Virus record (IMG/VR): IMGVR_UViG_3300023202_000205
Location: 115,365-179,364 of that record
Direction: 5' to 3' (one strand)
Length of the DNA: 64,000 nt
DNA from: a virus
Below the pieces are notes generated by a model. That model saw only the letters and a program-made list of their open reading frames with translations. It had not been told where the DNA came from and searched no databases. Below, in pieces: positions 53,550-62,375 of the stretch (the first letter of the stretch is position 1; each line of letters opens with the position of its first letter). A program made the translations under genes and the position numbers.

Positions 53550-54773
53550 TCAGGTATCCTCACCTGATTTGACGAGGATACGGTTGACCCACTTGAGCTG
53601 GGTATCCTTGCGGCCCTTCCCAACCCGATAGCGGTGCCAATGAGGCCTCCGCCAATGCACGCGGGGAGAGGCGTGGCTGCCCTCCCCGTCTTCTCGTTCG
53701 AGACGTGTATAACTACGCCCCAACATATTGGGTGTCCAAATCTCGATAGACTGCTCGCGCTTCTTCTTTTTTCCGGGTATCTTCTTTCCCTTACGTGTCT
53801 TACATAGACTAGCCTCCTCGAAATCCTCAGGGCATGCCATGAAAAACAGCCCGATATTGAAAACCAGGCTGGTTACCCGACAGATCATCTGATCCTCCGA
53901 CTCACTGAGTTCCCCTGCCTGGACGTGCTCAACCTCCATGAACTCAGCGATCGATTGATCCTGTTTTGGCCCCTCTGACCGGTAATAGCAGGGACCCTCG
54001 GTAACGACGTGTATGCAGAAGATGTTGTCCCTGCGAATATCCAGGAGCCTGTGGGCGTCCTCCTCGGGAAGCTGGGGAGCTTGCACGATGTGTTCCTGGT
54101 CTTCAAACTCCTTGGGAGTCGTTGTCTGAACGAAGACATAGGTCACATCAAACCCCTCAGCCGTCTTTAAAAGGCCTTTCGGAATGGCAACTGTCCAGAA
54201 CGGATAGGGCCAGCGTACTTCCCCGTAGACCACCTCTTGCGGGGGCTCCGTCGATAACAGCGCTATCAGGAGTTCGCTGGTCAGGGATACCATGGGTTGG
54301 TAGTCGTGAAGCCATTGAAGGAAGAACTCATGGATTCGACGGGTCGCCTCTCCCTCTTCCTCTTCCAACCCCAGCATGTAAAGGAGGTTAGTGTAGGATT
54401 CCACCTGACAGCGGTTCAGGAGGTCCTCGTAGGGGTGGTACGCCTTGGGCATTTGGTAAAGGACTCTCTCGCTCTTCTGCCGGTAGTCCCTGATCGTCTT
54501 CTCAACATTTTGAGTACCATTACGCACCTGCTCCTTAGTGACCTTCCCTATGGACAACTCATATTCGAGCTGCTCACGAACCCGCTTTCTCAGAGTGACC
54601 AGCGCTTTCTCCGCGGTAATTTCCAGGGCTTTCCATGGCTGCTTGGAAAGCTCCTCCTGGAGTAACTGCTCGTACTCGTACTTAAGCGCCTTTTTCTCGA
54701 GTGGACTCATGTGCTGCAGGGCCTCAAGGAGCTGTTCGTCCATTTCCCCGGGTAGGTGATGCTGTTGATTCAT
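53550..54773 (-). CDS. hypothetical protein with C-terminal SPR.HWRR.HW...G.G...KWV motif
   Basis: 407 aa. Confidence 0.7.
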   Translation of the reverse strand: MNQQHHLPGEMDEQLLEALQHMSPLEKKALKYEYEQLLQEELSKQPWKALEITAEKALVTLRKRVREQLEYELSIGKVTKEQVRNGTQNVEKTIRDYRQKSERVLYQMPKAYHPYEDLLNRCQVESYTNLLYMLGLEEEEGEATRRIHEFFLQWLHDYQPMVSLTSELLIALLSTEPPQEVVYGEVRWPYPFWTVAIPKGLLKTAEGFDVTYVFVQTTTPKEFEDQEHIVQAPQLPEEDAHRLLDIRRDNIFCIHVVTEGPCYYRSEGPKQDQSIAEFMEVEHVQAGELSESEDQMICRVTSLVFNIGLFFMACPEDFEEASLCKTRKGKKIPGKKKKREQSIEIWTPNMLGRSYTRLEREDGEGSHASPRVHWRRPHWHRYRVGKGRKDTQLKWVNRILVKSGEDT

Positions 54774-54808
54774 GTTGCGTAACTCCTTGTGGTACGTAGT
54801 CTTCTGGC

Positions 54809-56611
54809 ATGGCGGTCGCGGCTCCTACGAAGCTGGAAGAGACACTCAAGGAAGTGCGAAACCGGGCCGTCAAAAATGGTGCTTCGCTTGCTCCAGCACT
54901 TCCCCTCATACTCCAACTGAGGGGGCAGCCCTACTCACTGAACTGGTCTCACTTCATGTTTGAGCCCATGTTCAAGTTTATAGGTATGCCTCGTCGAATG
55001 ATGTTGCTTTGTGGCCGCCAGGTCTCCAAAAGCACCTCGATGGCAGCTAGTCAGATACTCCGGGCAGCTATCCAGCCCAACTACAACATCCTTACCGTAA
55101 TGCCGCTTTACGAGCAGGTTCGCAAATTCAGCCAAAACTATGTGCGCCCTTTCATAACGACGAGTGGGGTAAGGAATCGTCTGGTCAGTGAACTGGGAAC
55201 GGACTCGGTCCTTCAACGGCAGATAGGGCCACTACAACACAACAGTTCCTTGTTCTACAGCTACAGTTCTGGCGACCCCAACCGTGTCCGTGGTATCCCT
55301 GCAGACGAAACCGACTTTGACGAGATCCAGGATTTGGACCACGCTGACCTCCCGATCATTGAATCGTGTATGGGTGCTTCGCGGTTCAAGATTGTTCGAC
55401 TAACGGGAACCCCTAAGACGTTTGACAACACGGCCAACCTGCTCTGGGAAGATAGCTCCCAGGCACATTGGCACATCCCCTGTTGTTGTGGCAAAGAGAA
55501 TAAAGCTGCCGTTGATGGTGATCTAATTCAGATGATCGGAGATGGTGGTAAACGACCGGATGGCTCTGTGCGTACACTGATCTGCGCTAACTGTGGCCGA
55601 GACCTCAATAGCCGCATTGGGTATTATGTCCACGACTACCCAGATCGCCGGTCGATCTTTCCCGGCTATCACGCCCCTCAGCCTATCCTCCCCATGCACT
55701 ATGAGTCGCCGCCGGACTGGCATGTCATCTTGGAAACGATGCATGAGAAGGCGACTTACATCTTCTACAACGAGGTCCTCGGAGAGTCCTATGATGCGGG
55801 CTCAAAGGTCATCACCTACGAGGAGCTGCATAAGGCAGCGCAGGTAACACCTTGTGAGCCGAAGGACATGCTGCCTTCTCGGTACATTGCTACTATGGTC
55901 GGGATCGACTGGGGTGGTCGTGGTAAGGAAAAGACGTCCGATACCGACGACTTTATCTCGAACACCGCCTTTGCCGTAGCAGGAATGCGGTCCGACGGTG
56001 TCATAGAGATACCCTGGCTTCACAAAGTACCCTATGTGGTAGATATGAGCCACGAGTCACATATGGCCGTCAACGTAGCTGCTAGCAGTAGGTCGGACTA
56101 CATCGCGATGGATTATGGCGGTCAGGGAAATGTGCAGGAACAGCAAGTGCGTGCCTGGGGATGGCCAGCGGAACGGGTGGTTCCGTTTACTTACGCGGTG
56201 ATGGCGCCAACACGCCCCGTAGTCTACTACAACCCTCCGAAACACCGTGGTGTCCGATCCAGTTATACACTGGATAAGCCCAGGAGTATCTTGCTCCTAG
56301 CAGAGCTCCTTAAGAGAGGGTTAGTGTTACTCCCCAACTCAGATAAATACCTGAAAGACCACCTGCGTGACTTCCTCAACATCTATGAAGAGAGTATCGA
56401 GAACCCCTCCGGCTCACCTCGTCGACTCATCAAACGGATGAGTCGACGCACTGACGACGTCGTCCACGCAATCAATTTTGCCGTAATGGGCCTCTTCCAT
56501 TACACAAATAGCTGGCCTAAGATCGCCGATTCATTTGTCGAGCAGGCCATCTCGCAGATACCTTCTTCTGTCACAGATACCAAGCCTTTGAGCGGGCATA
56601 GCGCGGGATGA
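54809..56611 (+). CDS. terL: terminase large subunit, GpA-like
   Basis: GRQVSKST Walker A, RVRGI.AD...FDEIQD, GTPKT, CCCG/CANC zinc module, FYNEVLGESY, GIDWG nuclease motif. Confidence 0.85.
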   Translation: MAVAAPTKLEETLKEVRNRAVKNGASLAPALPLILQLRGQPYSLNWSHFMFEPMFKFIGMPRRMMLLCGRQVSKSTSMAASQILRAAIQPNYNILTVMPLYEQVRKFSQNYVRPFITTSGVRNRLVSELGTDSVLQRQIGPLQHNSSLFYSYSSGDPNRVRGIPADETDFDEIQDLDHADLPIIESCMGASRFKIVRLTGTPKTFDNTANLLWEDSSQAHWHIPCCCGKENKAAVDGDLIQMIGDGGKRPDGSVRTLICANCGRDLNSRIGYYVHDYPDRRSIFPGYHAPQPILPMHYESPPDWHVILETMHEKATYIFYNEVLGESYDAGSKVITYEELHKAAQVTPCEPKDMLPSRYIATMVGIDWGGRGKEKTSDTDDFISNTAFAVAGMRSDGVIEIPWLHKVPYVVDMSHESHMAVNVAASSRSDYIAMDYGGQGNVQEQQVRAWGWPAERVVPFTYAVMAPTRPVVYYNPPKHRGVRSSYTLDKPRSILLLAELLKRGLVLLPNSDKYLKDHLRDFLNIYEESIENPSGSPRRLIKRMSRRTDDVVHAINFAVMGLFHYTNSWPKIADSFVEQAISQIPSSVTDTKPLSGHSAG

Positions 56612-57464
56612 TGACGGCCCCTCAGTCACAGATACCAAGCCTCTGAGCGGGCATAGCGAGGCGGCCATGACCCCGAGGAACAGCCGTGGCCCTCCGAGTC
56701 ACAGATACCAAGCCTCTGAGCGGGCATAGCGAGCCGATTGCGATGGGGTGGACCCGGTCTCTTTCGAGTTGTCACAGATACCAAGCCTCTGAGCGGGCAT
56801 AGCGGGGGCCTTGCTACCGGGTTTCCCTTCAGACTACCCTTCGGTCACAGATACCAAGCCTCTGAGCGGGCATAGCGAGACCATAGCCACCTCGGCAAGG
56901 CCCTGGATACCGCCGCGTCACAGATACCAAGCCTCTGAGCGGGCATAGCGAGCGCTTTTGGATCGCCTGGCGTACGCCCTGCTTCTGGTCACAGATACCA
57001 AGCCTCTGAGCGGGCATAGCGAGGGCGCTCTCACACAGCGAGGAGCAGAGCCATGGCCACACTGTCACAGATACCAAGCCTCTGAGCGGGCATAGCGAGT
57101 GCCATCGAATCCCCGGTAGCGGACACCGTTCACTTGCGTCACAGATACCAAGCCTCTGAGCGGGCATAGCGAGACAACTGTTGGCGGCGAGCACGACCGG
57201 ATGCCCAGGGTCACAGATACCAAGCCTCTGAGCGGGCATAGCGGGAGCTCGGCCGCCTCGGATTGGGTCAGTAGATGATCATGTCACAGATACCAAGCCT
57301 CTGAGCGGGCATAGCGAGTTCTCGTCGTCGGTACGCTCGCCACGGAGCGCCGCCGTCACAGATACCAAGCCTCTGAGCGGGCATAGCGAGTGCGACACCT
57401 TTCGCGGCACCGTGGCCAGCGAGATCTAGTCACAGATACCAAGCCTCTGAGCGGGCATAGCGAG
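56570..57464 (-). CRISPR. CRISPR array 2: 13 repeats, 12 spacers
   Basis: repeats at 56570 (degenerate), 56625, 56698, 56771, 56844, 56917, 56988, 57064, 57138, 57210, 57283, 57355, 57429; spacers 19,37,37,37,37,35,40,38,36,37,36,38. Confidence 0.98.
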
Positions 57465-57636
57465 AGGGCCTTTATAACTCGGCTCAGGGAACCGTGTTAT
57501 ATCGCTCTCTGCGAGCGCCCTCATCTCAGCTGATCCTAGCACCTCTTAGATCACTGCAATATCTCCATCTAAACCATTATCAGCAAAGAACATCGAGCGC
57601 CTCCCGTAATTTCAGAACCAAGAAGGCGCTCGAAAC
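57465..57636 (-). promoter_or_regulatory. CRISPR leader 2 (172 bp)
   Basis: 11 mismatches to leader 1 by manual alignment. Confidence 0.9.
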
Positions 57637-57641
57637 AGATG

Positions 57642-59045
57642 CTAGAGTAGCGGTTTTATCTGGTCGTTACAGTACACCAGAGACGGATCCCAGTCTTTAA
57701 TCAGCAACCCCTCTAAGGTTCGTGCACGTGACAACGCCACATACGCCAGGCCGTGGCGTGACGCATTATCGGGAAACTTACCCAGAGAAGACATATCAAA
57801 CCAGGCCTTGCCGACAGTCATACCTTGTGCCTTATGGACTGTACAGGCGTACCCGAGCCGTACCGGGAACCCCGATACCCTGTGTTGTACGTAGCGACCC
57901 ATTGGGTCCTCCACATCCCTCTCCATCATTATTACCCGCACATCCTTGTTGGTTCTGTCGAGCAACACGCGCAGTTCGCTGATCCTATAAGGACGCCCAT
58001 TCTCAGCATGCTCGGCGATGCACGATTCTAGATCCCTCCCGTCTTCTGCCAGGGCTCCCGTAAGCGTACCTGTATCGCCGTTTACGTAAGCTCCTCCGGG
58101 TTTGGAGTTGACTGTAAGGAGCACTCGACAGCCCACCGCTAACGGCTCCCCATGCCCGAAGGGTGCTGCCTCAAGGACTTTCTGTCGAAACCGCTCCTCT
58201 CTGGGTGAGGCTTCTCGCTTCTTTTTGGGACGCCGATCTTCGAAAAATGCGTAAATCACGAAGTGACCAGTGCCGGTGTCCGACACGTGTCGCCATAACC
58301 GAGCGTTGTTGTACGCATCCGTTTTGGCGTTTGTGGCATACATTCGGATATATCGGTCATCGTCAGGCGGTACCTGGCAGGTCCGTTCTTGAAAGACCTC
58401 GTCTACCTGGTCGTCCACCGTGCCTTCTCGGACCTTGTTGAGGACCTCCATGAAGACTCCCTCACCCTGACGATGGTTCTCAGTCAGTTTGATGAATTCG
58501 TAGTCATCTAGGATTTCCGAATCCAGAATGAGGTCGTCCTTGACCGGGCTCGCCTGGGCCCAATCCCCAACCAGGAGGAGTTTCTTGCGGTACTCGCGGG
58601 CTGTTTTGATGATCCGATTCCCCATGTGTTTCCCGATCATGGATGCTTCATCTATGATGATGTCATCCGGAATGTCGGTCATGATCTTCTCGAGATAACT
58701 GTAAGACCAAATGGTCCAATCACGACGAGAGAAGCAGAACAGCATATCAACAGTAGACCCACCAACGTGCATCGCCGCTTTGCCAGTCGTTGCGGATACC
58801 TTCCAGCTGCCGCGTGCCTTCAGGGCATTGATGATCGTGCTTTTACCAGACCCGGCCTGACCTGTGAGGATAACGACCGGCTTCTCAGTACTTACGATCA
58901 ACTCGATTGCGTCCTTCTGTTCCTGGGAGAGCGTGACCCCTTCTCCAGGAACGGTACTATTCGTAGTAGCTCCTTCCTTCTGTTGGGTATGTGTAGGGGC
59001 GCCCGTTCCCTCATCTGAAGGCAGGGCGGTGTGTTCGGTGCTCAT
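57642..59045 (-). CDS. Pif1/RecD-like SF1B helicase
   Basis: TGQAGSGKST, IIDEASMI, VGDWAQASPV, LTENHRQ, GYACTVHKAQGMT, YVALSRAR. Confidence 0.92.
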   Translation of the reverse strand: MSTEHTALPSDEGTGAPTHTQQKEGATTNSTVPGEGVTLSQEQKDAIELIVSTEKPVVILTGQAGSGKSTIINALKARGSWKVSATTGKAAMHVGGSTVDMLFCFSRRDWTIWSYSYLEKIMTDIPDDIIIDEASMIGKHMGNRIIKTAREYRKKLLLVGDWAQASPVKDDLILDSEILDDYEFIKLTENHRQGEGVFMEVLNKVREGTVDDQVDEVFQERTCQVPPDDDRYIRMYATNAKTDAYNNARLWRHVSDTGTGHFVIYAFFEDRRPKKKREASPREERFRQKVLEAAPFGHGEPLAVGCRVLLTVNSKPGGAYVNGDTGTLTGALAEDGRDLESCIAEHAENGRPYRISELRVLLDRTNKDVRVIMMERDVEDPMGRYVQHRVSGFPVRLGYACTVHKAQGMTVGKAWFDMSSLGKFPDNASRHGLAYVALSRARTLEGLLIKDWDPSLVYCNDQIKPLL

Positions 59046-59418
59046 ATTTGGTGTACCCTTGGTAAAACTCTGCCATGCATTTAATCAAACGACAAACGCG
59101 GCGACCTCCAAACTCTTCCAAAGACACTTCCTGCTTCCCTGGAATTACCAGAGGTAACAAGCCAGTGGTGAAGAACCAGACGGTATTTCGTTGGTGTGGT
59201 CGACCCAAGAGAAATCGCCCAGGTACCACGAGGAGGTCGAACTCGTTGAAGACTACATCAGCCGCTGAGGGGCGTCCCAACCAGCGGTATATGTCCAGTG
59301 TAATCCACAACCCTTGCATGTTAAGCCGCGCGTACATGTCCCCTGTCATAGGTAAGAAAAAATACACGGCAATTGATTTTCCATTCTCGAAAAACACTCT
59401 ACTAAATAGCGAGCCCAT
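59011..59418 (-). CDS. hypothetical protein
   Basis: 135-aa ORF filling gap on coding strand. Confidence 0.4.
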   Translation of the reverse strand: MGSLFSRVFFENGKSIAVYFFLPMTGDMYARLNMQGLWITLDIYRWLGRPSAADVVFNEFDLLVVPGRFLLGRPHQRNTVWFFTTGLLPLVIPGKQEVSLEEFGGRRVCRLIKCMAEFYQGYTKYEHRTHRPAFR

Positions 59419-59457
59419 TAGGGGACTCAGGCCATTTAGTAGAGTGATGCCATGGGT

Positions 59458-60060
59458 TTACCCACGGCGTCGTCGTGAACGCTTGCGCTCCACGACCGGT
59501 TGCCCCGGAACGGGGCTCCGTCTTTCCGGAATATCCGGTACGCTTCGATTCTCACGTATGAGATGTTTGTGCAGATCTTTATAAAACGTACCGAACAAAG
59601 GTCTTACGAAGCGCGAAAAATAGACACTGGGATGCTCACTAGGAGGAGCCACACCTGGATCCTTCATCGCGTCCAAGCAGCGTTCTGCAAAAAGTGCATA
59701 GCGCTGCATGGCCACAATGATCTTCTTGGCTTCCCTGATAGTCCTTTTCCATGCTTCGACCTGTGAATACACTTTCGGAACAAGTACACCACTACTCATT
59801 GGCACTACATCGCGACGACGAACAGTCGCGATAACCTTTTCTTTATTTTCCGCTGCATCGATTACCAAAATGACGCAAGCAGTTCTTCTCAACGTGCGAC
59901 CATAAGAGCTCTTACAGTCACGCTCGGCCTGACGGATAACTCGATGATAGATCAGCTCGAGTCTATGCAGTATATCCGAAGGAGTAGACTCCTTGGATAT
60001 ACCATCGAAAGTTATCCGTAGACCCTCTCGTACAGGGACAGGTTCGTCTGCACCAGGCAT
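59458..60060 (-). CDS. hypothetical protein
   Basis: 200 aa. Confidence 0.65.
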   Translation of the reverse strand: MPGADEPVPVREGLRITFDGISKESTPSDILHRLELIYHRVIRQAERDCKSSYGRTLRRTACVILVIDAAENKEKVIATVRRRDVVPMSSGVLVPKVYSQVEAWKRTIREAKKIIVAMQRYALFAERCLDAMKDPGVAPPSEHPSVYFSRFVRPLFGTFYKDLHKHLIRENRSVPDIPERRSPVPGQPVVERKRSRRRRG

Positions 60061-60095
60061 TTAAGCCTCTCGTTCTTTGTTGGTGGTGATTGCGG

Positions 60096-60674
60096 TTACG
60101 AAGCCTCTACGACCCACACGGTCAGTGTGCGCTCATCCAACCCCAGCGACTCCGCGAACTGAGGCACTCTGTGGCAAATGCTCTTGCCAAACCGACAGAC
60201 GACGTTTTTGTGACCAGGGTTGACCAAGCCACTCCAACCACCACTTCTATGTTTCCACGTATAGTCGTTGTCGATTTTTATGATTAACTGAAGGATTTGC
60301 GCAGCTTCCTCCAGTTTGACAAACTGCTCAGGCTGGATCCGCTTCATCTCATCCAGATCGTTTCTGAGCTTTTCCAGCTGCTTGGCGAAATAGCGAAAGC
60401 TGTGAGCTACATGGCTCGCAGCAATGTTGATCAATATCCGGAAAAGCTCCCGGGTATTGATCCGCTTGTTGGGTTTGACCTCAATGGATCCACGAAAATC
60501 CTGGACACCTATGAACTCCTCAAGGAGCTTCACAACTGGTACCGAGGTATGTCGTAGAAGAAGACGGAAGTCTACTCCCCTGCTGCAGCTGAACATACGC
60601 CCATGCATGTGCATAGACGCCGCAAGCTCCTTCACGAGAAACTTGCTATCAACAATGGATGTGCTCGTACTCAT
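60096..60674 (-). CDS. hypothetical protein
   Basis: 192 aa. Confidence 0.65.
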   Translation of the reverse strand: MSTSTSIVDSKFLVKELAASMHMHGRMFSCSRGVDFRLLLRHTSVPVVKLLEEFIGVQDFRGSIEVKPNKRINTRELFRILINIAASHVAHSFRYFAKQLEKLRNDLDEMKRIQPEQFVKLEEAAQILQLIIKIDNDYTWKHRSGGWSGLVNPGHKNVVCRFGKSICHRVPQFAESLGLDERTLTVWVVEAS

Positions 60675-60927
60675 ACTTATACCTCATTAGATGAAGTACC
60701 AATCCCTCGATCGGCTGATCTTCCGACAGAAGGGTAATACCTCTTGGTTGACCGTAGCCTTTACGGGGGGGGAGCCTTCGCTCCCGTTCCCGTATGCGAA
60801 GAACCAAGGACTCGATGTCCTCGATAAGTGTCGCAGCTACGGGGTTGTCGTAGGATGGCTGGTCGTCCAGCTTTTCCTCTGTACGAACCAATGTGGCCCG
60901 TAGGCTATTCAGCGATGTTTCGCTCAC
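60649..60927 (-). CDS. hypothetical protein
   Basis: 92 aa, operonic. Confidence 0.5.
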   Translation of the reverse strand: MSETSLNSLRATLVRTEEKLDDQPSYDNPVAATLIEDIESLVLRIRERERRLPPRKGYGQPRGITLLSEDQPIEGLVLHLMRYKYEYEHIHC

Positions 60928-60939
60928 GTGATTTCCTTT

Positions 60940-61560
60940 TCAGAAAGGTTCGGGTTCGAAGAGACCTTCCTCAGGGAAAGTCTCGGGATCATCAGACCAC
61001 CAGGGTGGTGGGCCGACTGAGGTCCATTTGGCTTTTACCGGTTTTCCTTGGCTATTTCGTAGTACCCCCTTCTCAGCCTTGTAGTAGCGTCGGTAAGCCG
61101 TTATAGAGGGGTGCCCCTGAGCACCAAATCGAGCCTTCGATTTACCATAAGGCTCGCGGTAGCGCTCAGGAAGAGCCTGTACCCAGCGGGTCAGGCCTTT
61201 GTCTGGGACATGATCAGCGTTCTTCTGTGCAGATACCGTGTCCCAAGCGGCTACTGCAAAGTCGAGTGATTTATGGTCCACCTGTTCCTTGCCACGGAAC
61301 TGGCGGCGTAGCACGTACTCTCGGTTCAACGAGAATACGAGTTCCAGCAACCACTCCATATTACAAACGGACTCGGCAGCCCATTTGCAACATGGGTGAC
61401 CTGGATGGCTCACTCGATAAAGCCGGTCATGCCACAGCCCAAGGAGATGACACGCAGTACTCATGATCTGCGCGCCTTCCTTGAGCTGTGACACAACGTG
61501 TACATCGCTGTGATAGCGCGCACACAAGCGTGGGTCTCCGTGGAGAACGAAGATGTTCAT
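60940..61560 (-). CDS. pyrimidine-dimer DNA glycosylase / DenV-like family protein
   Basis: MNIF.L..DP..CA..H.D.HVV....E.AQ..STA, H..HPC.KWA..S..N..WL, AYR.YY. Confidence 0.8.
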   Translation of the reverse strand: MNIFVLHGDPRLCARYHSDVHVVSQLKEGAQIMSTACHLLGLWHDRLYRVSHPGHPCCKWAAESVCNMEWLLELVFSLNREYVLRRQFRGKEQVDHKSLDFAVAAWDTVSAQKNADHVPDKGLTRWVQALPERYREPYGKSKARFGAQGHPSITAYRRYYKAEKGVLRNSQGKPVKAKWTSVGPPPWWSDDPETFPEEGLFEPEPF

Positions 61561-62348
61561 TTCAGGATGAAAGTACCGAACAGCCTGGGCCCGTACCTTT
61601 TGGGCCCTTTCATCTCGATCTTGGCATCCTTGATCACCCCACCTGGAATGGGGACGAGTATTACCGAATTGGGCATCCAGCGATCCAAGGTGAACTCCTT
61701 CCCGTTGACCGAGAAGGTCACGTTGTCCATGTAATCGCCGCCTTCCCTCACCATGCCCCAGTTTCGAGACACCAGGCCAACGAATTTACCTTCTGCTCCA
61801 TCGGGCACGGGCATATCGATAGTGCCTACATGGAGGTCCCTATGTCGTCCAATACCGCTCACGTCTCCAAACATCTCGTACAGCTTGGCGCCGAGTCCCG
61901 TCTTGCTGAGCTCATAAGCCCTATCCAGTTTGACCTGGCCCAGTACCTTTCTCAGGTCGGAAGCTGGATGCTGACCGAGATCGGTGACCTTCGACCGATT
62001 CTCCACTTCACTCGGTTGAATCACATCCGCTGCCGTAGCTGGGGTATCGTTACCTACACCTTCGCCGGAGCTGAGCGATTCCAACTTCTTGATTTGAGAG
62101 CGCACAGCCAACGCTGCCTCCAAATCCCCGCTCTTAGTACTTTCCTTCATCGCTTCCTTGAGCTCTTCGATAGCCGCCTTCTTTTCCTTCTCGACCTTGT
62201 CTTTGTACTCTTTGTACGCCACGATGCGGCTTTCTTCCAAGTCAGTCATGACTTGTCTGGCCTCATCGGGCAGGGCTTCTGGGTTGACGTTGATGCTCTC
62301 AGCGCCCAATGCACTGAAAAGCAGGGTGAGAATGATCAGCCGTAACAT
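61557..62348 (-). CDS. secreted/periplasmic protein
   Basis: signal peptide MLRLIILTLLFSALGA; helical TKSGDLEAALAVRSQI segment. Confidence 0.65.
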   Translation of the reverse strand: MLRLIILTLLFSALGAESINVNPEALPDEARQVMTDLEESRIVAYKEYKDKVEKEKKAAIEELKEAMKESTKSGDLEAALAVRSQIKKLESLSSGEGVGNDTPATAADVIQPSEVENRSKVTDLGQHPASDLRKVLGQVKLDRAYELSKTGLGAKLYEMFGDVSGIGRHRDLHVGTIDMPVPDGAEGKFVGLVSRNWGMVREGGDYMDNVTFSVNGKEFTLDRWMPNSVILVPIPGGVIKDAKIEMKGPKRYGPRLFGTFILK

Positions 62349-62375
62349 GGCTCGCGTTCCTTTCGAACTATGCTA

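Noticed and set aside
60299-60310. 12-nt match to array-1 spacer 49726..49762 (tgcgcagcttcc)
   Set aside because: Too short; flanks diverge; compatible with chance.
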